64,000 nt of DNA from Macrostomum lignano (Eukaryota): assembly GCA_002269645.1 (NCBI GenBank), contig NIVC01003871.1:1-64000 (forward strand). Reading direction: 5' to 3'. The notes beneath the pieces were generated by a model. It saw only the letters and a program-made list of their open reading frames with translations. It was not told the DNA's origin and did not search any database. This document shows, in pieces, positions 1 to 17,545 of the stretch (positions are counted from its first letter, which is position 1; each line of letters begins with the position of its first letter). The translations under genes were made by a program, and so were the position numbers.

Positions 1-3000
1 ACGTGCCTCACGACGGGCCCAAATGGATCGTCCTGGATGGCGACATTGACCCGATGTGGATTGAGTCGCTGAACACTGTCATGGACGACAACAAAGTGCT
101 AACGCTGGCGTCAAACGAGCGCATTCCGCTGACGCCGTCTATGCGGCTGCTGTTTGAAATCAGTCATCTGAGAACGGCGACACCTGCAACTGTGTCGCGA
201 GCGGGAATTCTGTATATCAATCCTGGGGTAAGGCACCTTACCACTCTTACCATCTATTACATGATAGCTTAGGTAAAAGTTTTAATTAATGCATTATTCA
301 TATAATTCATTCAATGTGACTTAATTTAGGATCTTGGCTGGCTGCCTTTCGTAACCTCGTGGATAAACGCACGCGGAGGCCAGACGGAGCAGGCCAATCT
401 CACTGTACTGTTTGACAAGTACGTACCACCCTGCCTAGACGTGCTGAAGTCGAAATTCAAGAAGGTGACACCTATTCCTGAGATATCACACGTGCAAATG
501 CTTTGCTGCCTACTTGAGAGCATCATGACGCCGGAGAATGGCATCACAGCCGACGCTACGAAGGACGCTATGGAGCCGCTTTTTTGTTTCGCATGTATCT
601 GGGCTTTTGGTGGATGCACATTCCAAGATCAGGTGCGTATCTAATGCTTTTAATTTTATAAGCAGGGTTCCTTTCCATGTGAATCAACAACGCAATACTA
701 ATTATGTTCCAGTTGGTTGACCACCGCGTCGAGTTTTCCAAGTGGTTCCTACACGAGTTTAAAATGCCAAAATTGACGAAGGACTACGGCGTGTTCGATG
801 TCTATCTGGACTTTGAGACCAAGCGCTTCGAGCCATGGTCGAAGAAGGTGCCAAATTTCGAGCTTGACCCGGATGTACCGCTGCAGTCCACCTTGGTTCA
901 CACAGCCGAGACGGTACGAGTGAAGTACCTCTTAGACCTGCTGCTAGCGAAGCGGTATCCGGTCATGCTAGTTGGAAATGCCGGTACTGGCAAATCGGTG
1001 CTGATGCAGGAGAAGCTGCAAGAACTTGTAGAAACAACGGACAATTTCACGGTGGCGAATGTTCCATTTAACTTCTACACAACATCAGAGATGCTGCAAC
1101 GCGTGCTCGAGAGGCCGCTGGAAAAGAAGTCGGGAAAGAATTACGGCCCACCTGGAACTCGGCGGCTCATCTACTTTGTGGACGATATGAACATGCCTGA
1201 GGTAGACAAATACTTCACTGTGCAGCCCCACGCTCTCATCAGGCAGCACATGGATTATGGACATTGGTACGACAGACAGAAGATATCACTGAAAGAGGTG
1301 CACAACACTCAGTACGTGGCCTGCATGAACCCCACGGCTGGCAGCTTTAGAATCAATCCGCGACTGCAGCGTCACTTCGCAGTTTTGGCCATGTCTCTGC
1401 CGGGCCATGATGCTCTGGAGACTATTTACACCAGCATTCTCTCCCAGCACCTTGGTGACAATTTCCCAGCCGAGGTGAGGCGTCTTCAGACGGTGAAAGA
1501 CGTTGTCCACGCTACGCTGAGCCTGCACCAGCGCATGTTGCAGAACTTCCTGCCCACCGCGGTGAAGTTTCACTATCTATTCAACCTTCGCGACCTATCG
1601 GCTGTCTTCCAGGGCATGCTGTTCGCCGAGCCGGACTGTCTGAAGGGCCGATTAGATCTCATTCGGCTGTGGATGCACGAGTGCGAGAGGGTCTACTGTG
1701 ACAAGCTAGTGGACTCGGAGGACATTGCCAAGTACCAGGTGAGGAAAACTCCTCTGTTGATGCGGTCGAATAAGTTATTGCAAACATTTTTATTCTTACG
1801 AGCGTAAAACATTTTTTTTCCAACATGAACTCCCTATTTTAGTCCATCAGTAAAGACGTCGCCAAGAAGATGCTGAGTGACTACATCACTGGCTCAGAAG
1901 AGGCAGCCTTCCGTCGTCCTCTGCTCTTCTGCCATTTCGCCAAGAACATGGGTGACGAAAAATACCAGGCCGTTGAGTCGCTGGAGAGCATCGATCACGT
2001 GCTCACTGAGGCGCTCGAGTCGTACAATGAGATCAATGCGGCCATGAATTTGGTACTGTTCGAAGACGCGATCTCGCACGTACTTCGCATCAGCCGCATC
2101 CTCGAGTCGCCAAGGGGCAACGCCCTCCTTGTGGGTGTCGGTGGCTCTGGCAAGCAGTCTCTGTCACGGCTGGCCGCATTCTTAACCTCGCTAGAGGTGT
2201 TCCAAATTTCCTTGCGCAAGGGCTATGGCATTGCTGACCTACGTGCCGACCTCGCCCAGCTATATGTGCGCTCGGGCCAGAAAGGCATCCGCACGATGTT
2301 TTTACTTACTGACGGCCAGATTGCGGAAGAGAATTTCCTTGTGCTGGTTAATGACATGCTCGCATCTGGCGAAGTTCCAGACCTTTTTACTGACGACGAA
2401 TTGGAAACGATTTTTAACGCTGTAAAAGGCGAGGTGCGCGGTATGAACTTGCAGGACACCAAGGAAAACTGCTGGCGCTATTTTATCGACCAAGTGCGAT
2501 TAAAACTTAAAGTGGTTCTGTGCTTTTCGCCTGTAGGCAGCACACTGCGAGTTCGTGGTAGAAAGTTTCCAGCCCTGGTCAACAATACAGCCATCGACTG
2601 GTTCCACGAGTGGCCACAAGAGGCCTTGGTGTCAGTTTCCAAACGCTTCTTGGCAGAAGTTCCGCAACTGTCGCCAGAGATTGTGCAGTCCACGGCCGAG
2701 TTTATGGCGTATGCGCACCAGTCAGTGAATGAGACCAGTGAGCAGTATCGGCTGAATGAAAAGCGATACAACTACACCACTCCAAAGTCATTTCTAGAGC
2801 AAATCCAACTGTATCGCAACCTGCTGAGCAAAAAGGATTCAGAGTTGGAAACGGCAATCGCTCGTTTGGACAACGGCCTAAAAAAGTTGGAGTCCACCGC
2901 CGAGCAGGTTGACGATCTGAAAGCAAAGCTAGCCGAGCAGGAAGTGGAGGTTGCGGCCAGAGAGCAGACAGCCAATGAGATTTTGGCTAGGGTGGACCAG

Positions 3001-6000
3001 GATGCGGCACGCGTCGCAGACGAGAAGGCTGTAGCTGATGCAGAAGAGGAGAAGGTGTCCAAGAAGCAGGCTGAGGTGAAGATTAAAACTGACGACTGCC
3101 AAAAAGACTTGTCGCGCGCTCTGCCCGCTCTCGAGGCGGCAGAGGCGGCCCTGAACACTCTGAATCGGGACAACCTGACAGAGATGAAGTCTTTCACTTC
3201 GCCACCTCCAATCGTAGTAAGCATTGCATCGGCTGTGCTGATCTTGATGGCAAAGAATGGAAAGATTCCGCGCGATCGAAGCTGGAAGGCAGCTAAAGTA
3301 ATGATGGGCAGGGTTGACCAATTCTTGGATAGTCTCATCACCTATGACAAGGACAACATACATGAGAACTGTTTGAAAGCTGTTAAGGAATACACAAACA
3401 AAGCAGGCTTCGAACCGGAACAGGTGAAGTCCAAGTCTATTGCTGCTGCAGGTCTATGCGCTTGGGTAATCAACATATTAAGATATTACGAGGTCTACTG
3501 CGAAGTAAAGCCGAAGAGAGACGCACTGGATGCTGCTAGCAAAGAACTCCAACAGCTGACAAACAATTTGAACAATATTAAGCAAAAGGTTGGCAAACTG
3601 CAAGCTAGCCTAGACGCACTGAATGAGGAATTGGACCGCGCGAAAGAAGAAAAACGTAAGGTTCAAGAAGAGGCAGAGACCACTGCCAGAACCATTGAGC
3701 TGGCTGATCGCCTTGTCCACGGCCTTGCCAGTGAAAACGAGCGCTGGGGCCGCGAAGTTGAACGGCTAACCGGCACCAAGGAGACATTGGCCGGTGATGT
3801 CCTAGTTACTGCGGCGTACGTGTCGTATGTCGGCTACTTCACAAAGAACTACCGCGTCGAGCTGCTGTCCAAACGATGGCTCCCGTTCATGTCAAGCCTC
3901 AAAACACCTATACGCATCTCTGAAGACCTCGACCCAATCAAACTTCTGGTGGACGATGCCCAAGTGGCAACCTGGAACAACGAGGGCCTGCCTAGCGACC
4001 AAATGTCTATCGAGAATGCTGCTGTGCTGACCACTTGCGAGCGGTGGCCACTTATGGTCGATCCTCAGCTGCAGGGCGCCGAATGGATCAAACGGCGCTA
4101 CGGGTCCCAGCTGAGGGCCGTCAGGATTGGCCAAAAAAAGTATCTGGACCAGGTTGAGGCCGCAATCAGCGCTGGAGAAGTGGTACTTATTGAAAACATT
4201 AGCGAACATATTGACCCTGTACTCGATCCGCTCCTCGGCCGTAACACTATCAAGCGCGGTCGAGCTATCCGAATTGGAGACAAAGAAATTGACTATCATC
4301 CAGACTTCAAACTTATACTGCATACTAAGCTTGGTAATCCACACTTTAAGCCGGAGATCCAAGCTCAGACAACCTTAATTAACTTCACAGTCACTAGAGC
4401 TGGGTTGGAGGACCAACTGCTTGCGTCGGTGGTTCGCAAAGAGAAGCCAGATCTTGAGGAGCTGAAGTCAGAACTGACGCACAACCAGAACGAGTTTAAA
4501 ATCACACTAAAGAGACTTGAAGATGCTCTGCTTGCTAAACTGTCTGCCGCGCAACAAAATTTCCTGGGCGACGTGGAACTTGTTGAGAACTTGGAGAACA
4601 ACAAGCGCACGGCACTAGAGATTGAGTCAAAGGTGCGAATCTCCAAGGCTACTGAGATTGATATTAATAAAGCTCGTGAAAAGTTCAGACCATGTGCTGC
4701 TCGCGCTTCAATGCTATTCTTCGTCATGAACGATCTGTGGATGATTAACCCGATGTACCAGTTCTCGCTCAAATCGTTTGAGACCGTTTTCAACAATGCG
4801 ATTGATCGCGCTGAGGAAACCGACGACGAGGAGGAACGCGTACAGATCCTATTGGAGAGCATCACATTCCTAGTAACTATTTATACTACACGAGGCCTGT
4901 TTGAACGGGACAAGCTGATCTTTACCACGCAGATGACGCTGCAGGCGATGCTTTTGGGCGGGGAAATCGATCCACAGGAATTGGACTTTCTGTTGCGCTT
5001 TCCGATTGTACCTGGCCTGTCATCGCCCGTTGATTTCATCACCGGCGCTGGCTGGGGCGGAGTAAAAGCTTTGTCAATGCAGGAGTCTGGCGAGTTTAAG
5101 AATCTGGATAATGACATCATCGGCTCAGCAAAGCGATGGAAAGCACTGGTCACTAGCGAGTGTCCAGAGCGCGAGAAACTTCCACAGGAATGGAAAAATA
5201 AAAACGCTCTGCAGAAGCTGTGCATCATGCGAGCACTACGACCGGACCGAATGACGTACGCCATGATGGATTTCATTGCGACTCGTATGGGCTCGCGCTA
5301 TGTTGAGGGCCGGCCCATCGACTTTCCCAAGTCGTTTGAAGAGTCGACTTCGTCAACACCAATCTTCTTCATCCTGTCTCCTGGTGTGGATCCGTTGAAG
5401 GAGGTTGAAAGCCTCGGCCGAAAGAAGCAATACACGGAGAGCAACAGCCGCTTTCACAACATCTCTCTGGGTCAGGGTCAGGAGGTCGTGGCCGAGCGGG
5501 CACTTGAGCTTGCGAGCAAACAGGGCCACTGGGTGGTACTACAGAATGTGCACCTAGTGAAGAACTGGCTTTCAACCCTTGATAAAGTCTTAGAGGCGTA
5601 CGCATCTGATCCTGAGGTGCATCCCGAGTTTCGGGTTTTCATCTCGGCCGAGCCGTCCCCGACGCCCGAGTCGCATATCATACCGCAGGGCATCCTAGAG
5701 ACGTCCATTAAGATCACCAATGAGCCACCGACTGGAATGCACGCCAATCTGCACAAAGCGTTCGCCTTGTTCGACCAGGTAAATACGAGTATGATACAAA
5801 TATGATAGTTTTTGTATTTTAGTAACACTTTGAGCACTCTGAGCATCGAATAAATACACCAAAATGCATACCCTCAAACAAATTTTCAGGACACACTAGA
5901 TCGGTGCAGCAAGCAGGTAGAGTTCAACGCAATCCTGTTCTCGCTGTGCTACTTTCACGCTGTCATCTCGGAGCGGAGAAAGTTCGGCGCCATCGGCTGG

Positions 6001-7357
6001 AACCGCAGCTACCCGTTCAACAACGGCGACCTCACTATATCGGTAGACGTCCTCTACAACTACCTTGAGGCCAATTCGTCCGTGCCCTGGGAGGACCTGC
6101 GCTACCTGTTCGGCGATATTATGTACGGCGGGCACATCACTGACGATTGGGACCGGAGGCTTTGCCGCAGCTACCTGGAGACTTACATGCAGCCGGCGCT
6201 GGTAAGTAGTTAACGATGTGTCAAGTTCTGACTGGTACAAGAGAATTTGTTCAAATGCTCTTCAAAAACAAAGTATAAACACTAAAAACTGTTCCAATTC
6301 CCTCGAAAAGGTTGAAGGCGAGATGGAGCTTGCTCCAGGATTCCAAGTGGCTCCGGTGTCTGACTATCCTGGTTACCTGGCCTACATAGACGAAAATCTA
6401 CCAGCCGAGTCGCCCTATCTGTACGGTCTGCACCCGAACGCGGAGGTCGAATACCTGACCAAGACGGCGGCCAACCTTTTCCGCACCGTCTTTGAGATGC
6501 AGCCGCGAGACGCTGGCGGAACCGGCGCCGGCGCCGGTTCGCGCGACGAGAAGATTCGCAGCGTGTTGGAAGACCTGGTCGAGCGCATGCCTGAGCCATT
6601 CCTCATGTCCGAGCTGCTGGGCAAGACCGCACCGGAGGACAGGACGCCATTCACTGTAGTGGCTCTGCAGGAGTGCGAGCGCATGAACATCCTGCTGTCG
6701 GAGATGCGCACCAGCCTGCGCGCTCTGGAGCTCGGTCTCAAGGGCGAGCTGACCATCACGGCCGAGATGGAAGCCCTGGGTGGCGCCCTATTCCTGGACC
6801 AGGTGCCGGACACCTGGGCCGCCAAGGCCTATCCATCGCTTCAGCCGCTTGGCGTGTGGTTCGGCGACCTCCAGCTGCGAGTCCGCGAGCTCGACATCTG
6901 GGCGTCGGATTTCCAGTTGCCGCCAAGCGTGTGGCTCGGCGGCCTGTTCAATCCGCAGTCCTTCCTCACGGCCGTCATGCAGCAGATGGCGCGCAAGAAC
7001 GAGTGGCCGCTGGATAAAATGGCCATTCAGGTTGACGTGACGAAGCGCACGCGTGACGACGTCGGCGGAGCGCCGCGCGAAGGTGCCTACGTGCACGGCC
7101 TGTTCATGGAGGGCGCCCAGTGGGACTCCGGGCAAGGCGTCCGTGAGGCGGCGCTCATGCAGATCGCCCCCGAGCTGCCCGTGATGTTCATCCGGGCGGT
7201 GCCCACGGACAGGCTGGAGCTGCGGGGCACCTACGCCTGCCCGGTGTATAAGACCAAGGCCCGCGGGCCCACATTTGTGTGGACCTTCAACCTGAAGACC
7301 AAGGACCAGCCGTCTCGCTGGATTCTAGCCGGGGTGGCCCTGCTGTTGCAGGTGTAG
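1..7357 (+). CDS. DNAH9/DNAH17-like: Axonemal dynein heavy chain, outer-arm beta type (DNAH9/11/17 group), 5'-truncated by the window; exons <3-227, 330-632, 713-1738, 1843-5778, 5890-6201, 6311-7357 (~2282 aa)
   Basis: Translation shows hallmark dynein motifs: [34 protein letters not shown] (AAA2), Walker A GNAGTGKS (AAA3) and GVGGSGKQS (AAA4), stalk coiled coil with [15 protein letters not shown] (AAA5), [11 protein letters not shown] (AAA6), and C-terminus [12 protein letters not shown]. All five introns are GT..AG and phase 0, joining e.g. YINPG|DLGW, FQDQ|LVDHR, ALFDQ|DTLDRC. AATAAA at 7422-7427. Subfamily assigned from recalled sequence similarity. Confidence 0.97.
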
Positions 7358-8647
7358 GCAAGCAGCTGAAGAACCGCGCCCGCTCTTTCCTTTCCTCGAA
7401 TTGTCGACCGTGTCTAGTCTAAATAAATTGTTTCGATTTTACACACTATAAATTTGAGTGTAAGAATAACTTGTTGCCACGGTATCCCGGCTGTTCAGAT
7501 TGACCGACACTTGTAATAGAGAGCTAAATTGGTGTGCCGTTTGACGATAAGAAAGTCAGGGCCTCTTGCAAACTAAACTATCTGACTCAGAATAGAGAAC
7601 CCGAGTGTGGGAAAGGTTTTGTTCTGGTAAGTTCTTAAGAACTGAAAGAGGGAAACTTGTGTTTAGTTTTGCAATATCAAGAATTTGGCTTATCAAGTGT
7701 CATCCTTCTGTCGAAAGGGACGCCGTCCGAGCACTGATTCCGAGCACGAATTCACTGTTTAAATTACTCAAAACCCGGAAAAAACGTTGCCCCTTCCTCC
7801 TCCCCGCTACCAGCTGGTCTGTCGGCCGAGCAAAGCAGTCCTGTGGTCCTGTGCCGATGTGTCCGCCTCCTTCCCCGCAGCCTATACTTTGCTTCGAGTT
7901 TATTGTCTAATTATACTTTTATCTTTTTTCTCTACAAGCATGAATTGTAATGATTGACTGTTATTCCTTCAGATAGTGATATTGATTTCTTGTTGAATTT
8001 GACTTCTTTTGATATTGCTCATTTTGGTATTATTCCCGCTTATTTATTTTACTATTAGTAGACAAGTATGGATAGTAGGTTCAGGTACTTGTCAGTTTAA
8101 TTTATGACATTGAAGTTTTTTGTCTATTTATTTATAACGACGTTATTTCTAATAATAGTTGGTCCGCGATAATTTATCCTGTTTACAACATTAGTATTCG
8201 CAATGACTCAGGAGACCTTGATGATTTGCCTTTTATTCGCACGTTTAAATATTGCCTAAGAACTTTAATAGGAGACAGGCCAAGTCAAAAGCTTACTAAC
8301 ACCGAATATGGTCTTCCTAGCAAAAATATGAATTTATTATTTGCACTGCTGACCACCCAATCGTATTTTCCTATAATTCAGGCTGTTACACGCTAGCAAC
8401 TACAGTAGCTACCTATTTTCACTTAGCTCTTGGCCTGTTAAATTGCTACAATACTTTTTAAATAAAATATATGGTGTTTTTTTCAGCTCAGATCAGACTG
8501 CCGTAAAAACGTCAATTTTCGTTGAGATTCGGCTAATAGAAATCTTTTTGTTAAAGATCAGCTTTACAAATTAATTTCTCTGTTTTTGACAAAGTGCACA
8601 GGAGATCAAGCACCATGAAATATATGTGCATAATGTACGCGCGGCTA

Positions 8648-9729
8648 TCTTGCGTCTCTTGTGTCTCTTGTGCCTCTTGTGTCTCTTTGCCTCTTGCGTC
8701 TCTTGTGTCTCTTGTGCCTCTTGCGTCTCTTGTGTCTCTTGCGTCTCTTGCGTCTCTTGTGCCTCTTGCGTCTCTTGTGCCTCTTGCGTCTCTTGTGTCT
8801 CTTGCGTCTCTTGCGTCTCTTGTGTCTCTTGCGTCTCTTGTGTCTCTTGCGTCTCTTGTGTCTCTTGCGTCTCTTGCGTCTCTTGTGTCTCTTGCGTCTC
8901 TTGTGCCTCTTGCGTCTCTTGTGTCTCTTGCGTCTCTTGCGTCTCTTGTGCCTCTTGCGTCTCTTGCGTCTCTTGCGTCTCTTGTGTCTCTTGCGTCTCT
9001 TGTGTCTCTTGTGTCTCTTGTGTCTCTTGTGTCTCTTGCGTCTCTTTTGTCTCTTGTGTCTCTTGTGTCTCTTGTGTCTCATGCGTCTCTTGCGTCTCTT
9101 GTGCCTATTGTGTCTCTTTTGTCTCTTGTGTCTCTTGCGTCTCTTGTGTCTCTTGTGTCTCTTGTGTCTCTTGTGTCTCTTGTGTCTCTTGTGTCTCTTG
9201 CGTCTCTTTTGTCTCTTGTGTCTCTTGTGTCTCTTGTGTCTCATGCGTCTCTTGCGTCTCTTGTGCCTATTGTGTCTCTTTTGTCTCTTGTGTCTCTTGT
9301 GTCTCTTGTGTCTCTTGTGTCTCTTGTGTCTCTTGTGTCTCATGCGTCTCTTGCGTCTCTTGTGCCTATTGTGTCTCTTTTGTCTCTTGTGTCTCTTGCG
9401 TCTCTTGTGTCTCTTGTGTCTCTTGTGTCTCTTTTGTCTCTTGTGTCTCTTGCGTCTCTTGTGTCTCTTGTGTCTCTTGTGTCTCTTGTGTCTCTTGTGT
9501 CTCATGCGTCTCTTGCGTCTCTTGTGTCTCTTGTGTCTCTTGTGTCTCTTGTGTCTCTTGTGTCTCATGCGTCTCTTGCGTCTCTTGTGCCTATTGTGTC
9601 TCTTTTGTCTCTTGTGTCTCTTGCGTCTCTTGTGTCTCTTGTGTCTCTTGTGTCTCTTGTGTCTCTTTTGTCTCTTGTGTCTCTTGCGTCTCTTGTGTCT
9701 CTTGTGTCTTCTGCGTCTCTTGTGTCTCT
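8648..9729. repeat. 9-bp tandem array (TGTGTCTCT/TGCGTCTCT), ~120 units
   Basis: Directly visible; variant units (TGTGCCTAT, TTTGTCTCT, CATGCGTCT) recur in larger blocks. Confidence 0.97.
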
Positions 9730-10417
9730 AAACTTTGAAGTACCAAGTGAATACTTGAACAAAAATAATTGGCACTAAACCTTTCGCGAGTAACATCCGA
9801 CTCGATACATAGAAAGATTTAGCATGGGATTGGGCACCCAGCTTAATTATTAATTAAGGCTTAAACTCGCGCATTACCATTAAAATTGGATCAGAAAACG
9901 GCGGGAGACGATAAGACGGAAGACGGACCTGACAGGAGCCTTCAGCCAATCTGACAGTTGAGTTCCGTCAACGTTTGTCGCGTTGCGACACCCTGCACTT
10001 CTCTTTCTACCGAAGTCTACTGCCGACTGCAACAGCGCTTATATAATGAACCAATTAAATACCCTTACTGTGCACTTTTAGCTTTGCAAGCTGACTCTCT
10101 TAAGTTAAGCAAAGAACGTATGTGGGTCATTTGGTGAACTTAAAATTCCATACAACTCCGATTGAGAGTTTCTATCATATTTCATCGAAAGAAATTCAAG
10201 CCATCAACTCTACCTATAATAACGCAGTTCACGTTTGCGTTGCTATGGAAATATCCTGCAACTCAGCTGAATAGCGAGTGAAGCTGCTGTACCTTTTATA
10301 GCGATATAATTTTGTCTTTCGAAATATTTATTAAACACAGTTTGCTGGTCGCTTTTCAAGCCAGGGACAATTTCTTGATATTGTAAGCAGTCAGCGTTAC
10401 TCCCTGGTCAGTAGCAG

Positions 10418-14104
<3,687 letters not shown>

Positions 14105-14234
14105 GATTTGTGTTCGATAATTAACTGTTGCTCTTAGGAGATCAGGCGCCGGGTTTATGATGGAGTGTTGTTCTACGATGGTTACTGGCTTCAAGTTGGG
14201 ATGGCGGAGAGCGGTTTGGGACTCTGCGATGATG

Positions 14235-14275
14235 AGCCTTTATATGACTTCTATGGTGGGCGATTCCTATTGGCT
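14235..14275 (-). promoter_or_regulatory. Candidate promoter of the peptide gene: TATAAA (14244-14239) with upstream CCAAT (14273-14269)
   Basis: Motifs read on the minus strand ~135 and ~165 nt upstream of the ATG at 14104, in canonical order; function is inference. Confidence 0.4.
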
Positions 14276-14411
14276 GGGCTGCAGGCTGGGAATGGGGAGC
14301 GGGATTGACAGACCGTAGGGATTCGAGCACGGTCAGTATGATGAAGTGAAGTTTTATTCACTTCTTCAGTAGTGCCGTGAATAACTTGACAGTCTACTGG
14401 GGGTGGGGACC

Positions 14412-14578
14412 CATACTGTGTCATACTGTGTCATAGTGTGTCATAGTGTGTCATACTGTGTCATACTGTGTCATACTGTGTCATAGTGTGTCATACTGTG
14501 TCATACTGTGTCATACTGTGTCATAGTGTCATAGTGTGTCATACTGTGTCATACTGTGTCATACTGTGTCATACTATG
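14412..14578. repeat. 10-bp tandem repeat (CATACTGTGT), ~16 units
   Basis: Directly visible. Confidence 0.95.
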
Positions 14579-15134
14579 TTATACATTGTTTATTATTTTT
14601 TATTATTTTTCATCAAGCAGACATTCTAAATTTATATTCCAAAAGATAAATTCAAACAGACGTCAATCAGACCCAAGCGGCGGTCTGGGGTAGTTCTGGG
14701 CGCAGAGTTCCCATGGATCACGCAAGCTTGCCGAATGTTGGACTGCTACTACGCTCGTACTTTAGTAAACCTTGATGCGTTGCTACGTTCAACCAGAGCG
14801 TGTTCAGTCCTTTAGCAGAATTGGTTTGGTCACTTTTGGTACTTCCATCGAGATACTCACTGCCTTACACCATAAAAGCATACGCGTTAGCTTCAGACGT
14901 GGCGCTTCACTATTTTATAGCTACCGTGGTGACACTAGTCGATGAGAATCTGAGCACAAGACGCGGCTTAGAAGGCCAGTTTGGACTAATTAGCATTTAT
15001 ATTAGAAACAGCTTAGGATTCATCCTATGTATGGATCAGTCAATAAAATTTTTATGGATCTGTAGCGGACTTCTGCGCAATCTAGAGTAGAAAAATAGAT
15101 TAGGGGGAAATGTACTTCTGCGTCTGGTGTCTGA

Positions 15135-15500
15135 GTGATTTTTTGAACCAAGATGCACAGCCAAGATGTTCAAAGAAGTTGCACAACCAAGATATACAGC
15201 CAAGATGCAAAACCAAGGTGCGCAACCAAGATGCACAACCAAAATGCACAACTAAGATGCTCAAAGAAGATGTAGAACCAAGATGTCCAAAGAAGATGTT
15301 CAACCAAGATACACAACCAAGATGCTCAAAGAAGATGTAGAACCAAGATGCCCAAGAAGATGTACAACCAAGACCCACAAAGAAGATGTAAAACCAAGAT
15401 GCTCGAAGAAGATGCACAACCAAGATGCACAACCAAGATGCTCGAAGAAGATGCACAACCAAGATGCACAACCAAGATGCACAGATATGGTTCACCATCT
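15135..15500. repeat. Degenerate 11-12-bp tandem repeat (AACCAAGATGCA / AAGAAGATGTT variants)
   Basis: Recurrent AACCAAGATG core every 11-24 bp. Confidence 0.85.
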
Positions 15501-16159
15501 AGGTAAAAAATTTCACGAAGATACTCAGCTCAAAGAAGGATGCACAATCAAGAAAAATAATGAAGATGTTAGATGGCGAATCAACTAAGAGGCACCGCCC
15601 AGATACACAGTGAGGATAAGCACACTCTGAATAAGGAAGACTTAACCGCTCTGGCGTTTAGGTATCTGGGCATAAGGAAGCCCTTAGTAGTTTACCATCC
15701 TAATAAAAATCAAAGGCACTTAAAATTGAGTGAAATCGATTGCAACTGATCAATCTCAATTAGCAAGACTCCGCTTAAATCTAAGATGGCTCTTTTCGTG
15801 GAGCGACCTGCGATGCGAGTGAGAAAATTGATTAAACTAATTGGCTCAATCCAATTAAAGGCAAGCGAAAATCGATTGGAAGTACTTTTCAATTTTAGTT
15901 CCTTTTACCTTTAGTGTCGCGAATGCAGCAGTTTGCTATGCCAATTTTCGAGCTTGATATCCAAATTGCACGGTTATCATTGATGCTCGAAATCCGTAGG
16001 TGTACAGTAGGCAAGAAGTTAGTTTCCACGCCAAAACCAGCGGTCAACCTTTCTCAGATACTCGTATCAGCCGCGAGTACCGCAATTAGTACTACGCCTG
16101 CGTTTCTCGTTTCAACTGTACAGATGATGCATTTTGCGTCACTTTTGGTGAGAAGCAAT

Positions 16160-17035
16160 TTGATGCTTGACTGGGTGCTGCGGACGGCTCTCCCTACCAA
16201 CGACGACGGCTTTCTGTTGCGGCGACGCGTGAGTCGACGTCAACCAGAGAGGCGGCTCAGCGTGCTTGGCTACGCTGAAGATCTCGCCCTGCTGTCCTCG
16301 ACCGTCGAGGGCCCTCAGCGCCAGCTGGTGAGCGTTGCGGCGAGCGTTGGCCTGGTGGTCAACCGCAAAAGACCTTAGTGCTCTGCGTGCCGGACGACAT
16401 CGAGGCTGCTATTTTCTGCCGAGGCGCTGACTGTAAGGCTACGAGGCTTCCGCGCTGTCAGCAGTTTGTCTACCTTGGCGGTCTGGTACCTGACGTTCGC
16501 GAGGACTTGCGACGTCACCGTGGACTTGTCTGTGCTTCCTTCCGTTCCGTGACGGCTGTCCTGCAGTCCGAGGCCCTGCCTGACCGCCAGAGGGCGGCGT
16601 TGTTCGGGGCGGTGATCGGGACCGTCCTGCTGTACAACGCCGAGACCTGGACGCTAACGGATTCGCTCGAACAGCAGGTCGATGCGGCCTGCTGCGCGCC
16701 GACTTCAGGATTGCGGCTACGAGCACGCCATCAATGCGGCGCTCTATCGCCGCACCGTCCTGTCCTGTCCCAGCGAACTGTTGCGCCATCGGCGACTCCA
16801 GCTGGCAGGCCAAATCATCCGAGCCGAGTCGTACTGCCCACAGCCGGTGCAGGAGGTGCTACTGCTTACGCAAGCAGGCGTGCACTCGGCGTTTCGTCGA
16901 CTGCCTTCTGTCTGATGCCGGCGCCATGGACACTGCCGGCGGTGCGGACTGAGTTCGCGCCCAGGCCCTGAAACGCACCCTGTGACGTTGTCTCAAGCCT
17001 GACTGGCTGACAGTGTATTTTGTTGTTGTTGAAAT
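16160..17035 (+). mobile_element. 5'-truncated, decayed non-LTR retrotransposon (RTE-like), RT C-terminal half and 3' end
   Basis: LSVLGYAEDLALLS (YADD motif mutated to YAED), FVYLGG, LLYNAETWTLT typical of RTE/CR1-type ORF2; frameshifts; 3' end GTATTTTGTTGTTGTTG. Homologous copy at 25762-26110. Confidence 0.88.
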
Positions 17036-17319
17036 AGGATTTGATTGGAAGAGAGAGACTTCGTGGGTGAACTGATTAGTCATGCACTTGGGCAGAGACT
17101 ACGCTCGTATGATGTACATTTGATTCAGTATTAAGCGTACAGAGGGACTTGACTCAGCTGCAGGGGGTTCCGGGCATCCGGATACAGCGGGAAGGCTTCG
17201 CCGCCCATTCCGCTAACTCCTGGCGACCACGGGTGACGGTGCTGCGCTGCGCGCAGGTGGTGGTGCTGCGGTGTCGCGCAGGGAGATCCGGTGGTGCCGG
17301 TGTCCGCAAATGGTCGCTC

Positions 17320-17545
17320 GCCCGGTAGCCCTTAGGTAGCGGACGAGCTGGTAGAGATTCTCGGGCCTGAAACCGTCGGAGAGGTCCAGGTTTGAGCCGA
17401 GGTAGATGAGCCTGTCCCGAGTAAAGGCGGGGCAGTCACAGATGAAGTGCTCCGCATTCTCAACACCGAAGAGGCAGAATGGGCATTCCTGACAGCGGAT
17501 TTTTCCCTGGAGGTGATGATGCCTTGCAAAAAGCAGCCATACCGG
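17320..17545 (-). mobile_element. 3' fragment of a second non-LTR retrotransposon (C-terminal CCHC zinc knuckle)
   Basis: RHHHLQGKIRCQECPFCLFGVENAEHFICDCPAFTRDRLIYLG matches the CxxC..E..xH...C..R..LG motif at the end of I/R1/ingi-type ORF2. Confidence 0.7.

Noticed and set aside
5896-6240. Minus-strand ORF, and similar antisense ORFs across dynein, protocadherin and KChIP exons
   Set aside because: Shadow ORFs of GC-rich sense exons.
8594-9778. Long Cys-, Leu- or Arg-rich ORFs (CVS, SLV, RHK repeats), suggestive of metallothionein- or protamine-like proteins
   Set aside because: All frames are open only because the 9-bp unit lacks stops; no unique coding flanks or splice context.
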